The notes under the pieces were generated by a model. The model did no database searches. It saw nothing but the letters and a program-made list of their open reading frames with translations, and was not told where the DNA came from. The position numbers were made by a program, and so were the translations under genes. Positions 34,221-45,338 of a DNA stretch of 64,000 nucleotides are shown in pieces (position 1 is the first letter of the stretch; the number at the start of each line of letters is the position of its first letter). The stretch comes from Penicillus capitatus (taxonomy: Eukaryota; Plantae; Chlorophyta), in contig OZ287701.1 of the NCBI GenBank assembly GCA_965649825.1, forward strand, positions 1,229,101-1,293,100, in the 5' to 3' direction.

Positions 34221-35687
34221 ATGAGCGAGTATGCGACGTCAGAGTGGGACTCGGACTACGATTCCGAATTCTCCGAAGATGAAGACAGCCTGTCCAGCGC
34301 ATTTGCCCCGGACGCCGCCGTCGTGTGCGACAACGGAACGGGTTATATAAAAGCCGGCTATGCCGCTTGCGACGTTCCAAGTGTTTGTTTACCGTCCGTC
34401 GTCGGCCGACCGCGGCCAATTCGACGCGGTCAAATGAAGAGAGTGCAGCAAACCAGGTCGTCGCCTGGAGACGTATTGGTGGGCGATGCCGCATTGGCCA
34501 AACGAGAGTCGCACACATTGCGTTATCCCATTGACCATGGAATCGTGACGGATTGGGATGACATGGAACGCATCTGGCAAGAGCTCTTCTACAACGAAAT
34601 GGGAATTGATCCCGAAGAACACCCCATCCTGTTGACGGAAGCGCCCAAGAATCCAAAGGCCAATCGAGAAAAGATGATGGAAATGATGTTTGAGAGATTC
34701 AATTTCCCAGCAATGTTTGTCAGTATCCAAGCAGTTCTGTCCCTTTACGCTAGCGGCCGAACAACAGGAATCGTGCTCGATGCCGGTAAGCGAACACACA
34801 AACTGGCGGCGCGTTGACCGTCCTGTCATGCAGGAGATGGAGTGGCACATACGGTGCCTATTTACGAAGGATATTGTCTGCCTCATGCAGTGCGACGTAC
34901 AGATCTGGCTGGCAGAGATCTGACACAGGCTTTAGCAGAACTCCTCACTGAAAGGTATGCGTCACACATTTTGTCACTCATTTTACTGAGAGCCCTGTGA
35001 TGTGACGGCGACAGAGGATATCATTTTACAACATCAACGCAGCTTGAGATCGTACGAGACATGAAAGAAAAGCTCTGTTTCGTTTCACAAGACTTCGAGG
35101 AGGATCTCATGACAGCTGCCGAAAGTTCAGAGTACGAGAAGAGCTACGAACTCCCCGACGGACAATTGATCACGATCGGTGATGAACGCTTTCGTTGCCC
35201 AGAGGTACCAGCCCACCCATCTCGCATCCTCCATCCACCTTCACGTATCTACGTTTGTTCGTTGACGGCGACATGGACTTAGGTTATTTTTGACCCTGAG
35301 CTCATCGGGCTGGAAATGGACGGTATTCATCAATCCGTTTATCAGACTGTTATGAAGTGTGATATGGATATCCGTCGAGAGCTCTTTGGAAATATCATCC
35401 TATCGGGTGGAACAACCATGTTCCCAGGTAGCTGCTGCGAAGCCAGGGTCTGACGTGGTGCTCATGGGTGTGGTTGTGTAGGAATGGCGGATCGGCTGAA
35501 GACAGAAGTGTCTGCGTTAGCACCAGCCAGTGTGCGCGTTCGGGTTATTGCTCCTCAAGAGCGTAAATACTCGGTTTGGATGGGCGGATCTATTCTGGCG
35601 TCCCTTTCAACCTTCAAAGACATGTGGATCTCTGACGAAGAGTATGCAGAATTTGGACCTGCGATTGTCCACAGAAAATGCTTCTAA
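34221..35687 (+). CDS. Divergent actin paralogue (5 exons)
   Basis: [50 protein letters not shown] and [22 protein letters not shown]...VHRKCF; four GT-AG introns. Confidence 0.92.
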
Positions 35688-37300
35688 TCGGCGTCTTATT
35701 CAGGTAGAAAATCTCTCGGTCTATCCACACTTGCGTTTTATTGTTTCACTCACCTGCCTGCCTGTCCTAAGCTGTAGCAATGAGATAGAGAACAACGACT
35801 ACATACTACGATCGATATGTCTCTGCTCAAAAATAGTATATGTACGCAAGAACGAACGAGACGGCCATTTGCTGCGGTCGCGTGTTCGTGTTCTGTGAAC
35901 TTCTGCTACACTGCCCCTCAGCACTTTATTCATAGTGGCGTGCGTTCGTGATTTACGCAAATGTTCATGACTGTGTTGTTGTCTGATATAAATCGGTTGT
36001 GTTGATTGGCAGGCACTGTTTCTCGACTGTCTTTTACCGTTTCAAGTTGAATACCGACCGAACTGAACGAACCAACAACCATGTCCAGATCCAGCCGTTG
36101 AGCCCAGAAGACGTTGGATAATTGCACGACGATATTATCCATTCCTTTATCGTTTTTGCCCCTCTGACAAAAAATCTCTTAACACAGCAATAACGACAGC
36201 CGCTTATCTTGATGGCACACAGACGCATCTATTGAGCGTCCTGTCCCTTTCAAGCATAAAGTGGAGAGGAAGTTGTGTATGGGGAATTGCTGAAGGATGA
36301 TTGTTGGTTTGTCAATTATGATCTGTCTAGGATACATGCAACAAACAAAAAACAGACGGCTACTTTGGTGGAAGGAAAGACACCACTCGCAAACCAATAC
36401 TTCATGACCACGCCATTTTTAGTTAGCCGCGAATATTTTTTGTTGACTGTTGTCCTTTGTCCAAATTTGCGAGTGGGGATCAAAACGCAATACGATTGAA
36501 ACGTTTTGAGATCACTTGGCAAACAAAGCATCTCTGTCTGTCCCCATTCTCGCTCAAACACAAAAACCCTCACCTGTGATGACGATTGGGAAAGAGATCT
36601 GTTGGGACGATTCATACGACTGAATGCTTCATTGCATCTCTCTGATCGAGGCAGAAATCGTATGAAATCGATGGCATTGTAACTAACGAGGGTATGTCTC
36701 TTCCAGTGAGTGTTTTTGAGCACGATCAGAATTCTCGATGACGTTTATATTGTATGAGCCGGGAAGATAGCGTAAATAGATAGTTGAGCTCATCTGTGAC
36801 TGTTTGAGGGGACAGCAGGCAGGCAGGTGAAGGCACATGCCTCGCTTCATTTCATTTACCACGGGTTTCAATACGAGCCGAGAGCCTATTTCATGAAAGT
36901 CTGCACGGTCGGTCATCAATGATGTTTGTGATCTCTGTGCTAGTTGGGGGTCATCACATTTCGCCGAACTGTTGTTGTTTGTGTGTTTTTGTGCGGCTGT
37001 GCTTCGAGACGGTCTATGTCGTTGAATCACATTTAGCATGTGAAGATTTCAGTAATATGTCCTTCATAGTGTATATACAATGCACGCCCTCTTCTGTCCC
37101 GCCGCCACGGCCACGTTCTGTCGTACCGTGTCGACAGCCACATCACCTGGCTCTGTACCATAGACGAGCGGAATGAAACGGCGGAACGGTTGTGCAAGAC
37201 ACGACGGATGGTTCGCATGTGTTTTTAGCGACGGCCTGCCCATCTGTTATTCAACTCTAAACTCTAAATTCTTGCTTGTTCATCCGAAGAAACGTGCGGA

Positions 37301-38218
37301 ATGCAGCCAGCGACGCCAAAAAAGAACACGCCGCCATGCGTGACGATTCAGGTGGAAGCACAGTCGCAAGCAAAAGTGCGTCTTCCACCACAGCACGCTA
37401 TCACCGTCAAAGAAAGCGTCACCGAGACCACGTCCGTGTCTCCATTAAGAGCGCTCTTTGAGCGAACCTGGGTTTGGTTCTTCGTCGTCCTGTACGCGGC
37501 CTCTCTCAGTCTCTCCGTTGTCTCGCTCACAAGGACATCATCCGATTGGCTTGTCTCCCCTCAAGACCAAAGCGAGGGTCGCGTGGGATGGAGTAGAGGA
37601 TGTGTTGACCGTATCACATACCAAGGCAAGGAGCAAACCATACTCCCTTGCTCAGCTGCTGACTCCACAGAGTCTCTCGAAATGATCATCAACAGTTCCA
37701 CTGGTTCGCTGGGCCAGACGATCTTCATCGCCTCTCTCATTCTCTGGATTCTGCCCATTGTTCTCGTTTTCGCTTCATCCTGGTTCGAACCGACGCGTGG
37801 CACCTGTTGTCATGGATTCTCGATTGCCTTGCTTTGGGGAATTGGCGGGATTGCGTTGATTGTCGTCGGCGTGCTGTTCCAAGACGCCGTCAACGATCAG
37901 CAGAAGTCCAACCAGTCCATGCGATGGAGTGTGACGTGCACCACCGACCAGTCTCGAGAGATTTCGGTGTGTACTGACGTGACTTCTCTCTCGAATTGCC
38001 CACTGAAGTGTCGATTCGATCATGCAGAGGAGGGCGTCTGTTCTGGATTCTCTCGCTGCACGTTGCACGAACGCGAGGCAACGTGTGACGACGATGGTAT
38101 TGGCTGTGTATTGCAGATAGGATGGGCACTCTATGCCTCGTTCAGTAGTTCCTCCCTTATGGTATGCATGGCGATGCTACTGGCGGCGGGATCCTGGTCC
38201 GTGTCACAAAGTCTATGA
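37301..38218 (+). CDS. Four-TM claudin/LHFPL-like membrane protein
   Basis: Four hydrophobic segments; GW..GC in loop 1; Cys-rich loop 2. Confidence 0.65.
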   Translation: MQPATPKKNTPPCVTIQVEAQSQAKVRLPPQHAITVKESVTETTSVSPLRALFERTWVWFFVVLYAASLSLSVVSLTRTSSDWLVSPQDQSEGRVGWSRGCVDRITYQGKEQTILPCSAADSTESLEMIINSSTGSLGQTIFIASLILWILPIVLVFASSWFEPTRGTCCHGFSIALLWGIGGIALIVVGVLFQDAVNDQQKSNQSMRWSVTCTTDQSREISVCTDVTSLSNCPLKCRFDHAEEGVCSGFSRCTLHEREATCDDDGIGCVLQIGWALYASFSSSSLMVCMAMLLAAGSWSVSQSL

Positions 38219-38971
38219 TTTTTCAGAAACCTCTCAGCCGCCCATTTCCCGACGCTTCTCAACATATCTCCGCATGTACGCATGCATACATAGATCCCTC
38301 CAATAAAGATCGCGGCGGCAGCGATGTCCACAAACACCGTTCCCTCGTGATTGCGTGCCATGGATGGTTCGGGCTTTGATTGTTCGTCGTTCATTACTCA
38401 TCGGCGTGAACTCATAGTGCATAGCTATTGTTGGATATGATCTGTTTTGTCCGCATTTTATTCTTGAGCTAAACACACAGTGGTCTGAAGCGATCAAGCA
38501 GCTAACGTCACCATGCTGCTCCCTACAGAACCGACTCGAGTACCGAATAAGTCATTTCATATTCCTTGTTTAGCCCGCTGTATCCTTAGCGCTTATTCTG
38601 CGCTGTCGAATGACGATTCCGCCCGATGAGACGTGTTTAACAGAATGTTCCATACAACTCTCGCTGTCTGTGTAGATGGATGGATGTGACGTGATGATGT
38701 CCGTGATTTCAAAGTATGTCTGTCGCTGTGTTGTGACCTTGTTGCCTTGGCGTCAGCGTCCACTGCGTTGGCTTCGCCATCGATCTGTATCCAATGGTGC
38801 ACTCTCTGGTCTCGTCGATTCCGCCTGCGAAGCGCGAAAGATACACCCCGTCATCCTTGTGTCTGTCGTCTACTCGTTTTCTGCGCTGTGGTTACTCTTG
38901 ATGATGGATTGAGTCGTTTTTCATTGCCTACACGTTTCTCGTTGGCACGCGGGTGCGTTCGTTCGCTCACG

Positions 38972-39550
38972 ATGGCCGCCCTTACCATCTCGGCCGGATT
39001 GCTCGCATTGCTCGAATTGCTTTCCGGTCTGAAGCTCTATGCTTTGTAGCGCTCTTCTATACCATTGTTCGCGAATTCTGGTTCCAAATCTCGAGCGCCA
39101 TTACGGCGGTGGAACAGCTCTTTGAAGACCGACGCTATTCCTATCTCCCTCTTGCTGTGCTCGTCGCCTTCAAAGGCTACTACTCCCTTGCTCACCTACG
39201 GATGGTTCGGTAGATAACGCGGTGACAAGTCAGGCGGACGGTATCGTCTTGGGATTGATCCACATCAACGGCGCCTCGCAAAATGACGACCGATCTGTTC
39301 TCTCACATGCACGAGACGCAGCACGAGAAGATCATTTTGGGCATTTCTATGGGACTGGCGCCCATGATGTATAGAGAGAGGAAGAAGGGGAGGATATGTT
39401 CATCGAACAGATGATCACTAATCAAGTTCCCATTTTGCGTTACGCCGGGCTGTTTGTTATCGGCTTCTTCTATGTCGGCACCGATCACAACAGCGCCATT
39501 CAGAAACTACTCCACTTCACCGTGAGCGATGTCAGCGACGACGTGCGTCG
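38972..39550 (+). pseudogene. RPN2: 26S proteasome RPN2/PSMD1 pseudogene fragments
   Basis: N-terminal SAGLLALL...LKLYAL and EFWFQISSAITAVEQLFED, then PC-repeat REEEGEDMFIEQM..PILRYAG...AIQKLLHFTVSDVSDDVRR; frameshift near 39045, stops, and a large internal deletion. Confidence 0.85.
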
Positions 39551-39834
39551 TATTTTCTCTATTTTTCTGTACGACTGTCGTCCATGCAGCGGAAGTCATA
39601 TTTTGAAGCTCGATTAACGTACATCGAGCAGCTCGTCGTTTTCTCAGCTGATCTTGTAGCGGTTTGATCCCACGTACCGAGATTCGGGCAGACGACACGG
39701 AGGACGTTGAACACACCCAATATGCGACGCAACTGGGTTGTCTTCGTCGTCAGTCGCAATCGCTGCCACTGTCGAGCAAGGTAAGTTAAAAGACAGATGG
39801 AATCGAGCGCAATCGACGTCGAATTTCAAAAACA

Positions 39835-40610
39835 CTACCCTTGTCTTGGCAATCTGCGCCTTCGCAACTTGATTCGGATGCTATACCGTTGAAAGCGTCG
39901 AAGGAGTCGATCCAGTGCATCGTCATGGCTCTGGGCATCAGCTTCACCGATGATCACGTCATCGGCATAGCTGACTACAATGAGACCATCCAAGACTGCC
40001 TTCATCCGATCAGCAAACAACCCAGGATCCAAGATGTTCAAAGTTATCCGCCGGGGCCTGAAGTTGATTCATAAAAACCCGAGTATTCTCCGGGCTTAAC
40101 AGTTTTTAGGGGTCCCGTGACGTTGACGGCCGCACAGAACAACTGCCGACCATCCGACAACCGAATGCTGTCCGTCTCACAGTCCTATCTCATGCCGAAT
40201 GCTTGTAGACCTGGCGTTCCGAAGATGGGACTAGTTGCATCTTCCACAACCACTCCCACCAAGACTGCTGTTGTACGTCGCTGGTCTCCGCAGTCGACTC
40301 CGTTGAGCTCGGTTCTTCAATTATTTCGACTGGGATATCTTCTCCTTTCCCAGACCATGTTTTCAGGACAGTCGCCGTCAAAAACGTAAGAAAACCCAAA
40401 AACAAAAGCGAAACGGAATGCGCCATTCGACCTCTGCTCCGAAACCAGATGTCGCTCCGGCTCGCCGAGACGCCGCAGCGGAATACGGATGGCGCGAGCG
40501 CGGCCGTCGAGCGGAGGCGGGCACACAGCGCGCCCACGCAGGACCACAAAACGGAATGATTAAACATGTCATGCGCTTTTTTATAGGGCGGCAGATGTTA
40601 CGTCATGTCT
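39835..40610 (-). mobile_element. Degenerate LTR element: LTR end at 40450, PBS 40435-40447, signal-peptide ORF, RT fragment
   Basis: TGGTTTCGGAGCA lies 2 nt after ...GCGACA; ORF MAHSVSLLFLGFLTFLTATVLKTWS; RT fragment VVSYADDVIIG at 39835-40041. The LTR outer boundary is uncertain. Confidence 0.7.
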
Positions 40611-40879
40611 AACTGGATACTTATTCACCCACACTACACACGAACAATGGAGGAAAAGTAGACAGAGAAGACAAGCTTACTTTTCGAAGTACGATTTTCA
40701 ACAAGGCAGAAGAACTCAAAGAATCGATGTTGCACTACCCAGTTTCGTTCAACATCGACGCCATCTGCCTGCCAGGCGATCGAACGTCCGGAGGCAATTT
40801 CGTCCACCGCGCAGGAAACGAACGTATCAGAACTCATGCGGTATTTAGAATCTGCATCGCAATGCACGTTGCACATATT

Positions 40880-41400
40880 TTTAGAAAGCTGATCGGCTGG
40901 GATATCGGCTTCATCGATCGAAGACTTGTACACAACAGAAAAGATGTTTCTCGCGAGGGCAGAAATGGGCCGACGAAGACTGCCACGTGTATAGCTTCGC
41001 AACAAGGGCGTTTAACGATATAAAAGAACAAGACATCATTCAAGCAATGTCTATGCTAAAAAGATACAGACGTGGTCTTACTACATGTTCGTGCGTTATT
41101 TATTTACGCTCAAGCCAACAGCAACGCGGAAAGCGACAGAGTTCATGTTGCACACGACATGTTCACACAAAACTGGAGTTTTGAATGACAATGAAGCGAA
41201 CGCCTTTATTAGGTTTCTTAGACAAGACTTCGAAGAAAACTTTCCCGGATTGCTCGGGCATCTTCAAGTAGAAGAGTACTTCGAAAGCGCAAGTTCATTC
41301 TTGCCTTCGTTAAAGTCTAGTGGCGGATACGTTTTGGCATTCTGTCTTCCTGATCGATATGTTTGAATCTCCACCCGGCGGCGGACTACACAATTTGTAC
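40880..41400 (+). pseudogene. Fragment of an unknown multicopy gene family (homologous to 5489-5737 and 23840-24088)
   Basis: LHTTCSHKTGVLNDNEANAFIRFLRQDFEENFPGLL aligns with LHTTLSRQIGKLSKADANLYVGFLKREFEEKFHGLL. Confidence 0.55.
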
Positions 41401-41589
41401 GGACCTTTACACTTCTTGTTATCCGTGTGCCAGTTGTTGAAGATCTTTCAGCGCGTTTCCCTTGCGGACAGTAACGTTTGGTATGTACGGTTTCCTGCCT
41501 CCTCACGTCGGATGACCGTCCGCGACGGGACGGTTCTTCTTCGGAGAATTGAGATTTCACGTTTATCTAAGTCTAATCCAACAACGCAC

Positions 41590-41861
41590 TGTTAGGGCCG
41601 AGAGTGTCGCCGAATGGTCTGAGCGCGTCAAGGCCGTGATAGGAAAGGAACCGGACGGATATTAATACAGGATCACCAGTACGTCGTTATATGGTTCTGT
41701 CAGAATGACAAGACAGTCACGATGTGACAGTCTTGGAATCCAATGGTCCCATCTCCTAAGGGGCGCTTACACGGCGTGTCATGTCACCTGTAGCATATGA
41801 ATACATGGACGTAGACGCATGTTTACCTTTGCTCTGTAACTGTGAAAGCTTTCCTCTGACA
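41590..41861. mobile_element. Degenerate LTR fragments related to the 97-bp TR-GAG LTR
   Basis: 41777-41861 shares CACCTGTAGCATATGAATACATGGA...CTTTGCTCTGTAA...CTGACA with 20389-20485; no TSD. Confidence 0.7.
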
Positions 41862-41947
41862 GGTTCGCTGTCACGTCAATCAGCAGTGACATTTATTGAT
41901 CTAACAAAACACACGACACTCATCTTGTCGCAGATTTGGTCATTTCG

Positions 41948-43830
41948 ATGCGGTTGTCATCACTGAAGGTTCGCGTTCCACATCATCGGTGTGGCGTTCC
42001 TGTGTTCGCTAGAGAGCGGCGACAAGTTCGGACAGCAGATGCGTCCAAAAGAAAGAAGCAAAAGGAAGATCGTGAATACGAACGAAATCTGAAACTGCTC
42101 GAGAAGTTTTTGGATGACCTTGTTGCCGATCCCGTCGACGAAACTCCGCCTCTATCAGAAAAGGAAACATCGTTGCCTATTGTGGAGGAGACGCCGCCTG
42201 AGGAGTCAAAGCAAAAGAGTTCGACGGTCGCACCGACGGAGAAAACCTTCTCGATTCAGCGATTCAAGTCACGAAGCGCTCCGAGTTTTTTCAGTCCACT
42301 AACGTTTGAAGACGTCGAATTGTCTGAGGAGCTTCGCAAAGCACTTGGCGAAATCTGCATTACGCGACCCTCACAGATTCAGGTTTGAAACCACGAATCT
42401 GAGCAAAGCACGAGACTTAAATCTGGAACAGGGTCTGACGCTCGATGCGTTTGGGACGTTTGGTTTTCGACAGAGTCTGTTGTTGGCAGATCAGGCCGGA
42501 AGCGGAAAGACATTGGCCTATCTGCTGCCGCTGATTCAAAAACTGAGATTTGAAGAAGCTCAGGCCAAAACGATCCTCACAAAAGCGCATCACCCTCGGG
42601 CTCTTATCGTTGTTCCGACAGCAGGTGACGCACGCAATGCTTTGCCATCGTTTTCTAAAGGGGATTGGGATAGAATTGGCGGCGCAGGTATTGGATCTCT
42701 GTCGATCGATATCCAAGTCTTGTCCTTTTCGATCTGTCGCTATAACCGGAAACCGACCTTGGTCGACACAAGCCAATTTTTTGAAAGAAGGTGACGACTT
42801 CTGTACTAGAATGTGTGACGAAGGAGTGAGACACTAGGGGCGGATGTGATCATCGGTACGCCTAAGAGACTGTTCGCGCATTTGGACTCATGCACCATGT
42901 ACCTCGACGATTGCCAGACGATCGTGCTGGATGAGGTGGATATCCTGTTAGGTCGGACCTGATGCCGTAGAGAGTGAATGACTGTAGTCCTGTCGTAGGG
43001 GAGAATTCTGATTTCCGTAAGGAAGTGATGACATTACTGGAGTTTGCGAAGGAAGGGACACAGTTTTTCCTGGCTACGGCGACGATCCCTGAACACACCC
43101 ATTCGCTTTTGTCTGAGACATTTCGCGAATGTACGTTCATTGTGGGACCTGGACTGCATTGCACGGCTCCGGGCGTCATCGAGCAGTTGGTAGACTGCAG
43201 TGGCGGCCATACCATCAACGAAGAGACTGGTCAGAAACGCAAAGCCACAGCGCTTCTGCCGCTTCTGCGGTCGCAAGACGGCCAAGGCCAACGCAGCGTC
43301 ATATTCTGCAACAAAATCGAGACCTGCAGAAAAGTGAGAACATCCCATTCCACCATACCATCACCTCACATCCATGTTTCTGTTTAGGTGGAGAACTACT
43401 TGAAACGGCACGATCGACAGGGGGAGGAATTTCTGGTGCTTCCCTATCATGCAGCTGTGACCGAGCCGAAGCGCAAAGAACATCTTCGCACCCTTCTGCG
43501 AGACAAAGAGCGGCGACATGTCGTTCTTATCGCAACAGATCGAGCTTCACGTGGTGCGCTTCTCGATGCCGCTTTCTTCGTGTCCTGTATGGATAGACGG
43601 TGTGGGTTTCAGGACTGGACACCGCTGGGGTTTCGCACGTCATTCTTTTCGATTTTCCGCGCGATCCGTCTGAGTACGTGCGTCGCGTCGGCCGCGCCGC
43701 TCGCGGTGCCGAGGGCACTGGGCTGGTTTCCGTTCTAGTTCTCGGCCGACAGGTACAAAAGGCCAAGGCAGTGCTGAGGAAGAGCAGAAGAGGCGCACCG
43801 ATTCACACTGTACCTCAAGACGCTAACTAG
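41948..43830 (+). CDS. RH50: DEAD-box RNA helicase, plastid RH50-like, multi-exon
   Basis: LADQAGSGKTLAYL, PRALIVVPT, LDEVD, LATAT, IATDRASRG and YVRRVGRAAR; transit-peptide-like N-terminus. Confidence 0.85.
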
Positions 43831-44011
43831 ACAAAGTTGTACAGCATTACCGTGCATGTGACAGAACGGTCTTTTTGGTTGTGTAAGGTCCGTCCGTATT
43901 CAAGCTCAAGCGTGTTTGTATCGTCGTTGCCATCGATAAAGCACGGAGACCGCGTCTTCGAAGCTACACCAACGTACGGGACGGAACTTAACGCCGGAGA
44001 AGGAGGACAAA

Positions 44012-45338
44012 ATGACAAAGAGTTCGAGAAAATACCGGCTGAAGAAGTTTTTCTGCGCGACAGCAACTGCTGACGAAGAAGATAGTAAGAAGACCCTCTC
44101 CAAGTACGATGCAGCGTGGCTGGTGTCTTCACTAGCGGCATCCGATCCTGCGTCGTTATTGACTGTGACGTGTGGTGTGTGGCGTGCAGGAAGTTACTTT
44201 GTGTCCACGGTGGCGGCCGGCCAGTAATAGATGGCAAATTTGCGCCGCAGGGGGACAAGAGGCTCTTCATTATCGGGCAAGATTTGGAGACAGTGGAAGG
44301 ATTCGTCCAAAACGTCTTACCAAATCCGTCCGGAACGACATCCTATACGATGATATCCAACACCGATTCGAGTTTATGTGGACTGGAGAAGAAGATCGAT
44401 TATGGGTCGGGCACTGTCGACACCACATCGCAAATGGCGCTCGTGCCAAATTCGATGTTGGTGTTAGGAGTTTGCATAAAAGGAGCGCTGGATGATATCA
44501 TACAACGACGGTGTGATGCGTCGATCGATAGATTTGGTGACTGGATTCGAGCACAGGCACGACCGGTCTTTCTCCGGATCGGATATGAGTTTGATGGACC
44601 CTGGAATGCCTACGATCCAGAACTCTATAAACTGGCTTTCAAATGGATCGTATCGCGTCTTCGATTTCTGGGTGTCCAGAATTTTGTTTCCGTATGGCAG
44701 TCATCCACAGTCGCCGTGCCACACACTAAAGGGCGACGACGTGCGGGTCACCAAGTCGATCGCAGTTTTGTCAAGTGGTACCCTGGCAACGATGTGGTCG
44801 ACTGGATGGGCACATCCTATTTTAACTTTGATAAACATACTCATGATGCTTTTCTGAACTTTGCAAGAGAGAAAGGCAAACCGTTGATGATCGCAGAGTC
44901 CGCACCACAAGGCTACGATCTCGAATTGGGCACCTTGGTCAATCATTACACGAACGAGCGCATCTCTGGAGAGATTACAGGTCAAGCCGTATGGAAGAAG
45001 TGGTTCAAGCCGTTCTTTCGCTATATCCACAATAATCGCGATGTTATCCGAGCCGTTGCGTATATTAACACACCCTGGAAGGAGCAGGAAATGTGGACGA
45101 GTGGAGAGAATGGATATTGGGGGGATAGCCGAATACAGGTCACGATGTCCACTGTTAGCCATGACCGATCTCACGTGGCGCTGTCTGTTATCTCTAGGCA
45201 AATGATTATATCAGAAGGAAGTTCTTGAAGGAACTGTCGAGGGAAGGGTGCTGGATGCTGTCATCTCCCGAGTTCTTTTCCAGGATCAACTGGCATTGTC
45301 GTCCTCCGTTTCAGTTCGGTTCTGAGCGGATCGCGTAA
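44012..45338 (+). CDS. Glycoside hydrolase family 26, beta-1,3-xylanase-like (3 exons)
   Basis: IIGQD, RPVFLRIGYEFDGPWN (acid/base Glu), WYPGNDVVDWMGTSYF, KGKPLMIAESAPQGY (nucleophile Glu) and YWGDSRIQAN; introns 44116-44189 and 45139-45197. Confidence 0.88.
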
